64,000 bases of DNA from Sphaerodactylus townsendi (GCF_021028975.2 NC_059426.1:66712001-66776000); one strand, 5' to 3'. Counted from the stretch's first letter, positions 1-12,149 are shown. Numbers and translations: made by a program. The notes: generated from the sequence alone by a model not told the origin.

Positions 1-436
1 TCTTCAGTATTTCAGTCTGAATTATGTCGATATCCACACAAGGAAAAGATATTTAAGTGATGCATGTCAGGGACAGCAAAACATGATCTGTGTTGCTGTA
101 GCATGGAACAGTCTGGCAGATCCAATTAACTTATGCAGCAGGACACTTTGCGTGGAGAGGCAGCAACTGGAACGGCTATAGTCACCCCCCTCTCCACGCA
201 GGTGTATGGCTGGCAGATTAGCTGTGAACCCCTAGAGACAGTCCCAGTTGGCCAGCATAGGACAGCTGGGAGCAAGACAGGAGAGGCAACTGTCCCTGCC
301 AGGGACTTAAGAAGCTGAAGCACCTCAGAGGGACGAAGATCATGGTTCTGTCTTTTCTTTTTGTTGCCTCCCCACGTTGCTTTCCCTATTGATGCACAAC
401 CAATGAGACTCAGCTCTGCATTCCTGATGGAGACGA

Positions 437-632
437 GGGTTGCCAGTTCCTGTGGCTTGGGGATGGTGAAGCCTAGGGAGGGTGGAGTTTGAGATGGGAG
501 AGACTTCAGCAGAGATGTAATGCCATACAATCCGCCCACCAAAACGGCCATTTTCTTCAGGGGAGCTGATCTGTGTCATATGGAGATGCAGTTCTGGGAG
601 ATCCCCATGCCCCACCTGGATGTTGGCAAACC
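437..632. mobile_element. Non-autonomous DNA element with AGGGTTGCCA...TGGCAA(A/C)CCT termini (hAT/Blackjack-MER53-like); relatives near 15011-15192, 32480-32660, 47150-47355 and 53330-53530
   Basis: Terminal inverted repeats and a shared internal sequence among copies; boundaries approximate. Confidence 0.55.
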
Positions 633-1215
633 TACTGGAAGCCGTTGTGGCCTTCTTGCTGGCTAGAAGGAACATCAGCTTCAGCATCCTAATAGAGTAG
701 GGCAGACTCCAGCTAGCAATGCTGTTCCTAACTATGTGAGGAGCCATTAACAGCCTCCTGTTGAAGAGAATCACAGGCCTTTTATGCATAGAAAGCTCAG
801 CAAAAGTAACCTGAAATCGTGCCTCAAAACTAGCAACCCGGAGTCCAACATCATATCTGCTGAATTCAAAGTGCTGAGGTGGCTCTTGTTCCACCATAGT
901 GAAAACCTTCCAATTTTTTTTGTTGGGTGGGGGGGACAGCCAGTGGATGCTGATAAAGGGAATTAGAGGTGGGCAGTTGGATGGCTGCTCTTTGTTGGAA
1001 TACCTTGTGGATGGCTTATGAAAATACTGCTCCTGCCTCAGAAGTGTGCTGCCTGCCCACACCAACCAGCTGCAGGGAGCCAGCTGACCACATCACCCAA
1101 CACCCAAGCGGAATACACCTTCACCTCCCCATGCCTTGTATGTCCAAGCCCCAAGGTCTGCACCTCCCTCCCCATGGGATTTCATGTAATCAAATTCCAG
1201 TCAGCTCTCTATCAC

Positions 1216-1409
1216 CAGAGGTGTACCGGGGCCAAATGGCACCAGGAGGGAAAAAAACCTCCAGGAGCCCCCCCCCCCCCCCCGCATGCAGAGCCCCATT
1301 TACTCGCAAGTTGGGCTCCAGCCCCTCTTTTCTGCCTAGAAGCCAGGCGCAAGGGAAACTGTGCCTGGGGAGATGGGGTACCCCATGTCCCTAGAGCTGT
1401 ACGCCACTG
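1216..1409. mobile_element. hAT-type MITE (CAGWGGYGTAC termini)
   Basis: CAGAGGTGTAC...GTACGCCACTG inverted termini with a perfect 8-bp TSD TCTATCAC (1208-1215 and 1410-1417). Confidence 0.85.
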
Positions 1410-1955
1410 TCTATCACTCATCTGACACCTCAAAAGCAAAATGGGAGAAAGTGGAGAAAAAACAGCATAGAATGAAGCTCCTAAATAAGACACTGAAAAT
1501 GGAGGGGAAAACACCATTGGCCCATGGGAATGGAAACCCTCACAGATGCTTTCCTGTACAAAGCATATCAGTCTAGCCTCTGCCTGGCTTGGGGGGAGGG
1601 TTTCCTAGACTGCCCCTCCCGAGGTGTCCTTTCTGGGGAAAGGGAAAGTTCTTCCAAGGTGCCCATGTGGCAAGGAAAGCCCCACCACCCTCCATTTATG
1701 CAGGAACATATTGCATGAACACACAACAGCGCATGAAAGGCTGAATCTGATGATGATCAAGAAAGAAATGTAAAGAATGTGTGAGGCTTGCATGTACTTT
1801 CCCTAGTAATCAAGCCTTGTCAATTTCACTCAGGTTCATGGTTCTATAATAGAACTTTCACCACAAAAATATTAATTAAAAGAACACTGGGGAACCTACA
1901 AAAACTTCCAAGAGTCCCTAAATGGAGGTGTCATGGAACAAACAAGAGGAGGGTG

Positions 1956-2480
1956 CGGTGGCGTATTTGCCTAGGGAACATGGGGTATCCCATGTCCCCG
2001 GGTGCCCTCTAGTGGAGGGCGCAAAAATTTCAGATTCGTTTGTGTGTGTTTTGTATTTTTAGTATTTTTTCAGTTTTTGGCCTGCAGGGGGTGCAGTGTT
2101 TAGGCTAGCAGCACCAAACTTTCAGAGATTTTTCAGGAGATGATACCACCCAAGTTAGGTGAGGTTTGGTTCAGGGGGTCCAAAGTTATGGACTCCCAAA
2201 AGGGTTGCCCCCATCCCCCACTGTTTCCAATGGGAGCTAATAGGAGATGGGGGCTACACCTTTGAGGGTCCATAACTTTGGACCCCCTGAACCAAACTTC
2301 ACCAAACCTGGGTGGCATCAACAGGAGATTCTCCTAAAGATACCCTGAAATTTTGGTGCTGCTAGCTTAACAATTGCACCCCTGATATCAGGCAAACTCC
2401 AAATTTCCCCAGATTCTCCCTTTAAATCCACTCCCTTTGGCATGGACCTAAAGGGAAAATGTGAGGTCCACAGTTTAAAC
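1956..2480. mobile_element. Truncated DNA-transposon-derived repeat with a long internal inverted repeat (about 2100-2365); related pieces near 60890-61050
   Basis: Starts with the same CGGTGGCGTA/GGGGTATCCCATGTCCCC motif as the 1216 MITE; arms GGTTCAGGGGGTCCAAAGTTATGGAC / GTCCATAACTTTGGACCCCCTGAACC. Confidence 0.6.
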
Positions 2481-2899
2481 ATTGAAAAAACCACTGAACA
2501 GTTGTGCTGGGGGATAGCTAGTGGATGCAATGGAGGCTGTATAATATTTCTTTTAGTGACCCTTCACTGCCATCTCATAGGATCTCATAAACATCCTGTA
2601 AGATGTTCTTGCAGCTTGGTCATGAGTGCACCACCAAACCTGCTCTAGTCAACTAAGCTTCCATTTTGAACTTGTAACTCCATGGGGCCAGTTTGGAATG
2701 GGGACAAAGAGGATGTCAGGGATGATCTCATTGATGGCTTCAGAGAGACAGCTATGCCAATCCTCTACCAGCACATCTAACCAAGTTACCAAGAGCCACT
2801 GGATCCCACACAACATTCTGAAAATCAACTGTAACCATAAGTTTCCTCAGGTAAGCATAAATCAGCTCACCACCAACACAAGAAAGGCTTGGGACACCC

Positions 2900-3200
2900 A
2901 GACGGGCCTTCAGGGCAAGACCATGGCACTCTGTCTATAGAACTCAGACCCACACCCATTCCCATGCCATAGATCAAATTCAGTGTGTGGCCCCCCGCTT
3001 GATGGGTGGGATCTGATACAAATTGAGAGAGTTCTAATGCTGCCATGGAAGACACCAGGTCCATGGCATGGGTGGAGGCAGCCATATCAACATGACCATT
3101 GAAGAGTCCCAGAACTATCAGACTGGGGAACTCCACGGCCCAGTCCAATACTGTCTCCAACAGGCTTGGCAGGATATGAACGGGTGTGTTAAGCAGACCA
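2900..3200 (-). mobile_element. Decayed LINE (L2/CR1 clade) ORF2 endonuclease fragment
   Basis: Translation LIVLGLFNGHVD...LSQFVSDPTHQAGGHTLNLI matches the APE motifs LGDFN and PTH..G.TLDL. Confidence 0.7.
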
Positions 3201-5373
3201 GATAGCCAAACCAGATAACCAAACTCTCTTCAGTATCTCACACCAGACCAACAAAAGCAATACATGGGATCTCTGGGATGGAAAGTACCCTGAAAGAGAG
3301 ATTCCCTAATGAGTATCACTACTTGCCCCTGCTCCCTCACAACCTTTTTTCTGGTACTGATGAAGGACTGAGATGCCTGAGAGGACCACTTCCTTCACCC
3401 AGGTCTTGGTCATGCATGCCATGTGCTGCAAAATACATTTGCAGGCTAGTAGTCCTGTAAATAATGGACTTAGCATTGTACAACCTCAATGTCAAAGAAG
3501 GGCTTATACTCCTAACCTCACCTCCACCTCATGTGACGTCACAGATGGGACAAAGCTTGGAAGGAGTCAGAGCATGCCTTTATCTCCAACTCCTTCCATT
3601 ACATTTATTCATTTAATTTGTATCACACTTATCTTCCATCATGGAAGTCAAGGGTGCATCCACAGGATTCCCTGCTCTCCCAGCCAGACACTGACCAGAC
3701 GCAGTTCTGTTTTGCTTTAAGCAAGTTTACCACTTTATGTGCCTTCCAACCCTATTGTGGGGTATTGCTGTGTTTCTGGACTTTTGAAATATGATTTCTG
3801 TTTTTATGGTCAGGATAATTCATGATAATCCACTTGTTCCCCTTTGGGGTTGTTTCAAACGTTCTGTCCCCAAGGAAAAGCAAGAGCCACAAATCTACTA
3901 ATTACAATTGAATGAACAGATAATTGCAACATTCTGTTAGTATCAGAGCTCAAACAAAAATGAATGGCTTTATAGAGAACATTGGAGCACAGTTAAAATG
4001 ATTAGTACAGGAAATTTAAAACCTTGGCTAAGCTCCAAGTTGGGTGCTAACAATTTATCTGATGCTGGAACTTAAAAGATTAGCACTGATGTTTCTGGTG
4101 TTCATTCAATGTTATGATGTTTCCTTTGAGCTCTTGTAAATGGAGATTTTTGTTTGTTCCCTGTTGTTGAACATTTATTTTTACAACATTTGTTATGTAT
4201 TTGCACCTATATTTACTTCGTTTAGTTATTTTATAAAATTTCTGCTCCACTTTTCTGCCCTCACAAGGGTGACCAAAGAGGCTAACAAACAAAAACAGCT
4301 ATATTAAAATATCATTTTAAAATCATTACAACAAACAACCTCCCCTAACACATCATTAAAGCGATTAAAACCAGAGCTAAAATACATACAAAAGGATAAA
4401 AACAACAATTAAAACATGGAGCAAGAAGGAGGGATCACTGAAAGAAAACCAAATGAAACAAACAAAAAAGGCCTTCATACACTGGCAGGTGACAGCAACT
4501 GATGGGGACTGATGAATCTCCCTTGGGATGCGATGCTACTACCAAAAAGGCCCTCTCCTGGGATGCCATCAAACTGATCTCTGAAGATGGGGGCACTAAA
4601 GGCAGTGGTCAGAGAAGTTCTCTGCTTTGCATTTCATTAAACATTTTAAAAGAATTGAAAAGAAAATATTTAAAATGGTTAAAAATTGGTTGAAGGATCG
4701 ATTCACCCTTCAGCTGATATGTCATTGTTTGGTGACTGATCATAAGAACATCAGACCAGTGGTCCATCTAATCCAGTATCCTTTTTCACACAGCTGACAC
4801 CTAGTTGCTCTGGAGGTCCAAAAAACCAGGGCATAGAGGTCAAGGCCTTTCCCTGCCTTCCAGCACTGATATCAGAGGATTTTTGTCTCTAAACATGGAG
4901 TTCCCCATAACTCGACATGTCTAGTAGATCATCAGATAATTGGCTCACAAACTACCTTCTTGGAATGAGAGGTACCGTGAGCATATTTGGAAGATGAACA
5001 TACAAACCTCGAATCTTCCTGTTGCTATTTGACTTGAACTGCTGGTATTCGACAGCTGTGCAGCTGCTGACGCTGTTGTGAAGGAGTTTCTGTACTCCCG
5101 CCTTTCAGCTTCTGTACTGTGCGCCTTGTATCTGCACATTCAGCAGTCAACTCTTCCGCACGAGTCATTGGTGGTCAAATCAGTTACATAAATTGGATGG
5201 CTCTGTGTGTGTATGTGTGTACGTGTGCAAGTGCATATGCATGTCAGGTGGGGGAGTTATGACTCTCATAAGGCTGTGGATGGAATAATGTTGATAATAT
5301 TGATTTAAATGAACAAAGAAAGATTTTTTTAAAAAAAACCTCACTGTTTTTACTTAAAATCACTGTCTGACTG

Positions 5374-5666
5374 ACGTGTTGTGGTTAAGAGTTGTGGACT
5401 CTAATCTGGAGAACCAGGTTTTTAATTCCCCACTCTTCCACATGAGCAGTGGACTCTTATCTGGTGAACTGGATTTGTTTCCCTGCTCCTACACATGAAG
5501 CCTGCTGGGTGACCTTGGATTGGTCACAGTTCTCTCTGAACTCTCTCAGCCCCACCTACCTCACAAGGTGTCTGTTGTGGGGAGGGAAAGGGAAGGAGTT
5601 TGTAAGCCGCTTTGAGACTCCTTACAGGAGAGAAAAGTGGCATACAAATCCAAATTCTTCTTCTTC
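5374..5666 (+). mobile_element. Squam3-type tRNA-derived SINE
   Basis: A/B-box head (GTGGTTAAGAG...GGTTT.AATTCCC), shared body and (CTT)n tail; near-identical copies across the window. Confidence 0.8.
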
Positions 5667-6387
5667 CAAATGGCTGCTGATCTGTATGTACAGGTTACAG
5701 ATTTGGCAGGGGAGACTAGTATTCCCATTGGGCTGTGTAAGAATGTATATGTGTGAAATGCTAAATATTGCACTGTAATGTGTACTGTTTATATACATAC
5801 AAAGTAAACCAACAAACACATTCAGACTGCTCACAAACAGCCAAGCTGCTCAGCAAAGGAACAATTCCTTGCTCATGACCAGCACACAGAACATGAATTG
5901 AACCAACAGGTGTTCAAGCAACCGTACTGTCAGTAGGGTTCCATTATTTGGACACAGCCTGTATCTCAACTATGTGGGCTCTCCTCACAGAGAGGTGACT
6001 TCTCCATGGCCTGCAATTACACATAAAACACCTCTGAACACATTCCAAAAGTGGGTTGAGGGACAGCTTGGGGAGTCTTTGCTCGTAATGCAAACTACTC
6101 ATGCCATGATCAGTTTGTTGCCAGATTATCTGGAGTCTGAATAAAAAAGCTGTCTTGAAGAAGACTCAACGTGAGCATAAAGGATCAGGTGAAATAGCCC
6201 TATGGCTGCATCTTTATTGGCAACTCTTCATGTCATCAGCTGTAGAGGTTATGTGAGGAGAGAGTCCCAGCCTCATTGTCTGATCTGTCACTCTCTGTCA
6301 CTCTCTGTGCTCTAGTTAAAAAGGCAACACATTTTAGAATGAGTCATGTACGTATTTGTTGGATCCATATCCCACCTTCTTCTAGAG

Positions 6388-6773
6388 CAGTGGTTCTCAA
6401 CCTGTGGGTCGGGACCAGAAGTGGGATCCAACCAGTTCTCACCACTTCTGTAGAAGTGGTTACTAATTTTTTCTGAGTGCCGAGAAGGGGTTACTAAAGC
6501 AACCTCCCTGCCCAATAGGGACTGGAGGTGCATGTATGCGACGGTGCCACTGTTTGAATCCCACCACCATCGGAACCTGTTATTAAAATTTTTGGATCCC
6601 ACCACTGGTCGGGACCCCTTTGGGGGTCGAACGACCCTTTCACAGGGGTCGCCTAAGACTCTCTGCATCAGTGATCTCCATCTGTAAAATGGATAAATGT
6701 TAGGGTTGGGGGTCACCACAACATGAGGAACTGTATTAAAGGGTCGCGGCATTAGGAAGGTTGAGAACCACTG
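6388..6773. mobile_element. SPIN/URR1-like non-autonomous hAT transposon, interrupted by a nested MITE
   Basis: TIR CAGTGGTTCTCAACCT...AGGTTGAGAACCACTG; TSD TTCTAGAG/CTCTAGAG; body matches the URR1/SPIN_NA consensus as recalled. Confidence 0.85.
6416..6607. mobile_element. hAT MITE (CAGTGGTGGGAT-type) nested in the SPIN MITE
   Basis: Perfect 8-bp TSD GTCGGGAC (6408-6415 and 6608-6615); second copy at 33390-33558. Confidence 0.9.
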
Positions 6774-7419
6774 CTCTAGAGAGATCTAGGAAGGCCCATA
6801 GAGTTTTCTTCTAAGAATTTGTTTCCCCAGAACCTATATCATTTTCTGTCCATGAACTGTGCAATCTCAGAAATGCTGAATGCAAACCTTGCTCTTAAAA
6901 GAAACCATCCTTTTGCAATTATCAAAAAAGTATTTTCTTTGAGATTTTGCAGTACATTTTAAAACGTATGCATCTTATCTTTTGATGCGGCTAAATTTGA
7001 TATGTACCATTACTTAAACAGACTCAATCAATTTATTGATTAAAAGCCAAATAACCAACCCTATTAACTAATCCACTCAGGATCACAACTTCCACAACTA
7101 CATCTCTGACCACTACCAAATTCTGGCTATATTGCCTACTGATCTTTCCTCTTTTGCAGCCTCCTATGCAATCCCTGCCCTCCTGCACCCTCTAGTGGTA
7201 AATTCTGGTAGTCTCAATAACCACAACAAAGTCTTCATACATAACCAGGAGGTTGGGGGAGGGGGTGGGTGGGTGGGTGGGTGTGTGTGTGAAATTGAGA
7301 GGAGTAGCTCATAGTTGCAAAGCAGATAGGATGGTTGTGACATGAACCCTTGAGCTAAGAGGGGAAAGCACTTTGAGCCAAGAACTGTGAGCCAAGAACT
7401 GCATTGGACTTTAGAAGTA

Positions 7420-7654
7420 GAGGAATTGGTTTTTAAACCCTCTTTTCTCTAAGGGATCTGAAAGCAGTTAAAAATTCCTTCCCCCCCCCCCCACAATAGA
7501 TACTTTGAGACATAGGTGGGGTTGAAAGAGTTCTGAGAGAACTGTGACTGGCCCAAGGTCCCCCAGCAGGCTTCATGTGGAGGAGCAAGGAAAATAAACC
7601 CCGTCCACCCGATTAGAGTCCTCTGCTTTTAACCACTACACCACACAGACTCTC
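7420..7654 (-). mobile_element. Squam3-type SINE (reverse)
   Basis: Reverse complement of the SINE body and tRNA head. Confidence 0.7.
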
Positions 7655-8039
7655 AACTGCCTTAAGCGAAAAGGAAAGGCACAGTAAAAAAGTTAAAAAC
7701 AATCAGTCAATCTAGGCCTGTAAAAATGGACACACATTAGGCTTTAGCTGGCATTTATCTCTCCCCAGCTTCCTCCAAATTATATTACAGGTAGAATCTG
7801 GCAAGTGTGTAGCTCTCTGGAGGTGAGAGAAACAGTTCTGCAAGATATGAAGATGCTCTGAGAAGCACTGGATTGCTCATGATGTATGAATTAGATTTCA
7901 AGGCAATTATCAGAGCAGAGAGCGCCAGCGTGGCATAGAGGTTAGAGTGGTGGACTAGGACCTGGGAAACTCACGTTCAAATCCCCACTTATGCCATTGA
8001 TGTTTGCTGTGTGACCCTGGGTCAGTCACACGGTCTCAA

Positions 8040-8175
8040 CCCTGATCTTGGCTGGTATTTAGATGGGAGACCTCTAATGCCAAGGTCGTGAGGTGGAGGC
8101 AGGCAATGGCAAACCCCCTCCAAACGTCTCTTGCCTTGGAACCCCACGGGGTCAGCACAAGTCAGACATGACCGG
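8040..8175 (+). mobile_element. 5S/Sauria-type SINE fragment (others near 41385-41480 (-), 44100-44300 (-), 54200-54425 and 55395-55565)
   Basis: 5S-like GATGGGAGACC followed by the Sauria core GGCAATGGCAAACC. Confidence 0.6.
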
Positions 8176-8648
8176 ACAGGGAAAAAAAAATCAGAGCAGA
8201 AGTGTATGCTCGGTTGACTTACCCAACTGTGGCAGGAAGCAGGGCAGCCATGGGGTGATTCAAGAGTCCCCGAGTAACCCCAGGCCCGGTGCTGGGGAAA
8301 GGCAATGACAAGGCATTGAGGAAGAATGGAATTTCTCTAGATGCCCATCTTTGCTGGCGCCAATGGTAGCTTCTCCCGTGTCCGTGGAATGGCTGCCAAC
8401 CTTTGCCGTGCTGTGCCCTGGGAAAGGGCTATGTTCTTAATCCTCTGACTGAACAGATACATTATTCTGTGCGTGAAAGGAAAACGGCCTGTCAGGGCCT
8501 TTGTCCATTGTGCCCCTCAGCTGATAAGCAAACAGGCTCAGTGTTTTCCATTGTTGGCCTCCAGGGCAGGGAGGCATCTCGCCATGATGGCTAAGAGGAA
8601 TGGACAGCACAGACTGATCTGGGCGGCTTCTCCTCCCCCAGCTGTGGC

Positions 8649-8712
8649 TGCTGACTCAGCACAATCTGTTTGTGCACATTCATTTGACGCTTGGTCAAGC
8701 CTGGCTATATAA
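8649..8712 (+). promoter_or_regulatory. CRYBA2: CRYBA2 promoter: perfect T-MARE (Maf site) and TATA box
   Basis: TGCTGACTCAGCA at 8649-8661 and TATATAA at 8706-8712; large Maf proteins are established crystallin activators. Confidence 0.8.
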
Positions 8713-8734
8713 CGCTGCTGAGACCCTCCCCCCG

Positions 8735-8775
8735 CAGCCCAGCACGGCCACTCACCTCTGTGTCTCATCAGCCAA
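8735..8775 (+). other. CRYBA2: Predicted non-coding exon 1 of CRYBA2 (start approximate)
   Basis: Begins about 25-30 nt after the TATA box and ends at donor AA|GTAAGT (8776); acceptor TAACAG at 11025-11030 lies 11 nt before the ATG. Confidence 0.7.
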
Positions 8776-9479
8776 GTAAGTATCAGGACCCTGCCCCCAA
8801 ACAGCCCCCCAGTCAGTGTGCTCACTCTGGTTGTCTTCTCACAGCGTACCCTGGTCTTGTTTGACGGACTCAGTAGGGGTCTCTAGCTGAACACTTGCAG
8901 GGCCAGCCAGCAGGTGGTTGTGTAGGGCCAGCGAAGGAGCAGCACATTCCCTAGTAGCGTGGTTGACTTCCATGGGCCGTTTGGAGATGTTGGCTCTGTG
9001 AGCATTTTTTTTTTTTGCACGGCTTTCTGCTTGTGACTGACTATGGTCTGGATTGCGTGGATTGATTGGTAAGTGAGTAGTCCTACCTTTGGCAGAAGAT
9101 GGAATCAAAGGGCTCTTTGATCCCATCCACTTCTACCACATAGCCTGCATTTGCAATAGAGAAATACATGAATCAGCTGCAATGCGTTGGCAGAAACAGC
9201 ATAGAAAGCGTATCGCAGGTAGGACTGAGGGGCATCCGAGCATTTCACTGACGAGGTTATGACATTTTGGTATTTACATACAACATGGCAAAGGACGGTG
9301 CTCTAAATTATTGGGGCAGGAGAAGACTGGGTCATTTGATGTTCTGAACTCCTGTTTGCTACAAATCCATGGAACTGCTGATTGTCCATATACCTGACCC
9401 TCCTATAGTGAAAAGACTGGGATCTTAGCAAGCTTGGGATCTGTGATTCTAAGATGATCTTGCAATACTAAGTAAAGTA

Positions 9480-9800
9480 GGAGCAGCAGTGGCGTAGAAG
9501 GTTAAGAGATCGTGTATCTAATCTGGAGGAACCGGGTTTGATTCCCAGCTCTGCCGCCTGAGCTGTGGAGGCTTATCTGGGGAATTCAGATTAGCCTGTG
9601 CACTCCCACACATGCCAGCTGGGTGACCTTGAGACCTACCAGTCCACAGCTTCTTGGAGACCTCTCTCACACCCCACCCACCTCACACAGGGTGTCTGAG
9701 CTGTGAGGGGGAAGGAGACAAGAGGAGATTGGAAGCTCCCTTGAGTCTCCTGCAAGAGAGAAAAGGGGGATATAAATCCAAACTCTTCTTCTTCTTCTTC
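9480..9800 (+). mobile_element. Squam3-type SINE, full length
   Basis: GGAGCAGCAGTGGCGTAG head, B-box GGTTTGATTCCC, (CTT)n tail. Confidence 0.85.
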
Positions 9801-10396
9801 TAAAGTGCAGCTGAAAGGAAGGGCTGGAATGGGATTTGTGGATGGGGAGATGGGCAGCACAAGGCATTTTGGTTCCTGTGTCCAAATGGTAGTAAAAGCA
9901 TCTTAGTGCTCAAGAATGGGCAGCTGACTGTAAATGTGCTGTTTTTAATGGTGTCCTGATGGCTGTTGCTTGAAATGAACTATCTTATCCCGTCTAGTAG
10001 TGCTGCTGCTCTGGTTCATTATCATCATCACCTTTATTGGCATACAAAAATTAAATACAAAACTTTCAAATCAGCTTAACTAACACTGTTGTTCTCTTAA
10101 CCTTATAGCTAAGGCAAGCAGTTTAGCTGCGAGGGTGATCTGGCTGTGACATCCGTCACTCCACCGATCACCAGCATTAATTCAACTCTTGCTGGGGTGG
10201 GGGTGGTGAGAATAGGACAGAAATGTGAGGAAGCTTCATATGCTTTCCAGTTAAGTAATCTATCAAGGACATTCCTTGGCCACCTCGGAACTCCGTTTAC
10301 ATCTAGCCGGTCTCTAGTCAGGTACCACGTTGCATGGGCTGGTTGTGGGGAAAGTGGCATTAGAAGGAGGTGACCAGAAGGAAGATTGGAAAGGAA

Positions 10397-10668
10397 TTGT
10401 CGAAGGCTTTCACGGCCGGACTCAACTGGTTGTGGTGGGTTTTCCAGGCCATGTGGCCGTGGTCTGGTGGATCTTGTTCCTAACGTTTTGCCTGTATCTG
10501 TGGCTGGCATCGTCAGAGGTGTATCACAGAGGGAAGTCTGGACATAGTGTGTAACAGACTTCCCTCTGTGATACACCTCTGAAGATGCCAGCCACAGATG
10601 CATGTAAAACATTAGGAACAAGATCCACCAGACCACGGCCACACAGCCTGGAAAGCCCACCACAACCA
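10397..10668. mobile_element. Palindromic Penelope-like element remnant (inverted pLTR pair) in CRYBA2 intron 1
   Basis: About 120-bp inverted arms around a short spacer; flanking direct repeat ATTGGAAAGGAA/ACTGGAAAGGAA (10385-10396 and 10669-10680); decayed hammerhead motifs. Confidence 0.8.
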
Positions 10669-11041
10669 ACTGGAAAGGAAGGTTATAATCTCTTCCACCT
10701 CTAGGAGCTCAATCCTTTCCCTGACGTTCTGCTTTACACCTCGTCATGTTGACAGCTCTCACAGAGCAGACCGGGAGAGAGCGATCCTCCCACGGTGTTG
10801 CCAGTTGCTCAAGGCTGAGAGCTAAGTATTAGATGACATTTTCACAGCAGATTAAAGAGGGAATCCAGAGACACTTTAAAGACTAGGAGGATGAATTCCA
10901 GCATAAACTTCCACAGGAGTTTTGGCATTCCAGCATTTAGGTTGGAATAAATTCTGCTGATCTTTAAACCACCGCTCCTGCTTTCTTCTTCTCCAGCAGC
11001 CTAACATGTCTGGAATTATTTTCATAACAGGAGAGCTGCCC

Positions 11042-11199
11042 ATGACCACCCAGCACATGGAGACTCTGGGTCAACACAAGATCACTGTCTGGGAGGAAGA
11101 AAACTTCCAGGGGAAGCGCTGCGAGTTCCTGATGGAATGCCCAAGCATCATGGAACGAGGCTTCCGCAAGATCCGCTCCATCAAGGTGGAAAGTGGCCC
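11042..11199 (+). CDS. CRYBA2: Beta-crystallin A2, coding exon 1 (Greek key 1)
   Basis: MTTQHMETLGQHKITVWEEENFQGKRCEFLMECPSIMERGFRKIRSIKVESGP; donor CC|GTAAGT, phase 2. Confidence 0.97.
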
Positions 11200-11658
11200 G
11201 TAAGTGCCTCCAGCCAGCTATAGGTACCCTGGGCCCCTGAGTGACAAAACTGGTCCCACATTGCCACTCCGTCCCAATCTGCAACAGCTAGGAATACCAC
11301 CTCCCCACCGCCCCCTCAAATGCTCTATATTCAACTCCAACCAAGTCTTTGTCATCTAGCTCTGTCCACTGTGGGAGTTTCCGGGCTGTTGCTGCATTCT
11401 TTCTTCCAGGGCTGCTGCTGTCATCTCAAAAAGAGATAAGGAAAAAATTAGCACAGCCAAAACTGAATCGCCATAAATACAAATAGGGCAGTTGTCTGGC
11501 AAGGGCTTTCTAATTTGTTCTGGTGGTGCCAGTCAGGATAACCCTGGGGTAGCAAGACTGACTGCACTCCTGGGAACCTTGTTCACCTGCAGTATTTCCT
11601 GATTCTGCTGTGATCCTTCACCTGTTTCCTGAATTTTCCATGTCTTTCCATGTCTCCA

Positions 11659-11961
11659 TGGAGCAGCAGTGGTGTAGTGGTTAAGAGCAGGTGCATTCTA
11701 ATCTGGAGGAACCAGGTTTGATTCCCTGCTCTGCCACTTGAACTGTGGAGGTTTATCTGGGGAATTCAGCTTAGCCTGTGCACTCCCACACACGCCAGCT
11801 GGGTGACCTTGGGCTAGTGATAGCTTTTCCGAGCTCCCTCAGCCCCACCCACCTCACAGGGTGTTTGTTGTGAGGGGGGAAAGGGCAAGGAGATTGTCAG
11901 CCCCTTTGAGTCTCCTACAGGAGAGAAAGGGGGGATATAAATCCAAACTCTTCTTCTTCTT
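11659..11961 (+). mobile_element. Squam3-type SINE, full length
   Basis: Same head, body and (CTT)n tail as the 9480 copy. Confidence 0.85.
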
Positions 11962-12013
11962 CCCACTCTTCAAGCTCCCTTGAGCATTGTAGGACATAGT
12001 AACATGTTTAAGA

Positions 12014-12149
12014 CAGTGGTGGGATTCAGCAAGTTCGCATCACTTTGGCAGAAACAGTTGTTAAAATGGTGCTTGTAAACAACCAGTTGTTAAATTATTT
12101 AAATCCCACCATCGGAACCAGTTGTTAAATTATTTGAATCCCACCACTG
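12014..12149. mobile_element. hAT MITE (CAGTGGTGGGATTC termini)
   Basis: Perfect TIRs and TSD GTTTAAGA (12006-12013 and 12150-12157). Confidence 0.9.

Noticed and set aside
340-1065. 241-aa minus-strand ORF
   Set aside because: Overlaps a repeat; no recognisable domain or exon structure
1-8600. miR-375, expected upstream of CRYBA2 from mammalian synteny
   Set aside because: No TTTGTTCGTTCGGCTCGCG-like sequence found by eye on either strand; probably outside the window
9480-9560. tRNA-like and 5S-like heads
   Set aside because: They are SINE heads fused to SINE bodies, not RNA genes
10109-10669. Repeated 'VVVGFPGCVAVVWWILFL' ORFs (also near 34177 and 39633)
   Set aside because: Translations of the non-coding palindromic Penelope-like repeat
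11006-11041. In-frame upstream ATG extending CRYBA2
   Set aside because: Lies upstream of the acceptor at 11030, so it is intronic if exon 1 is used; orthologue length fits the ATG at 11042
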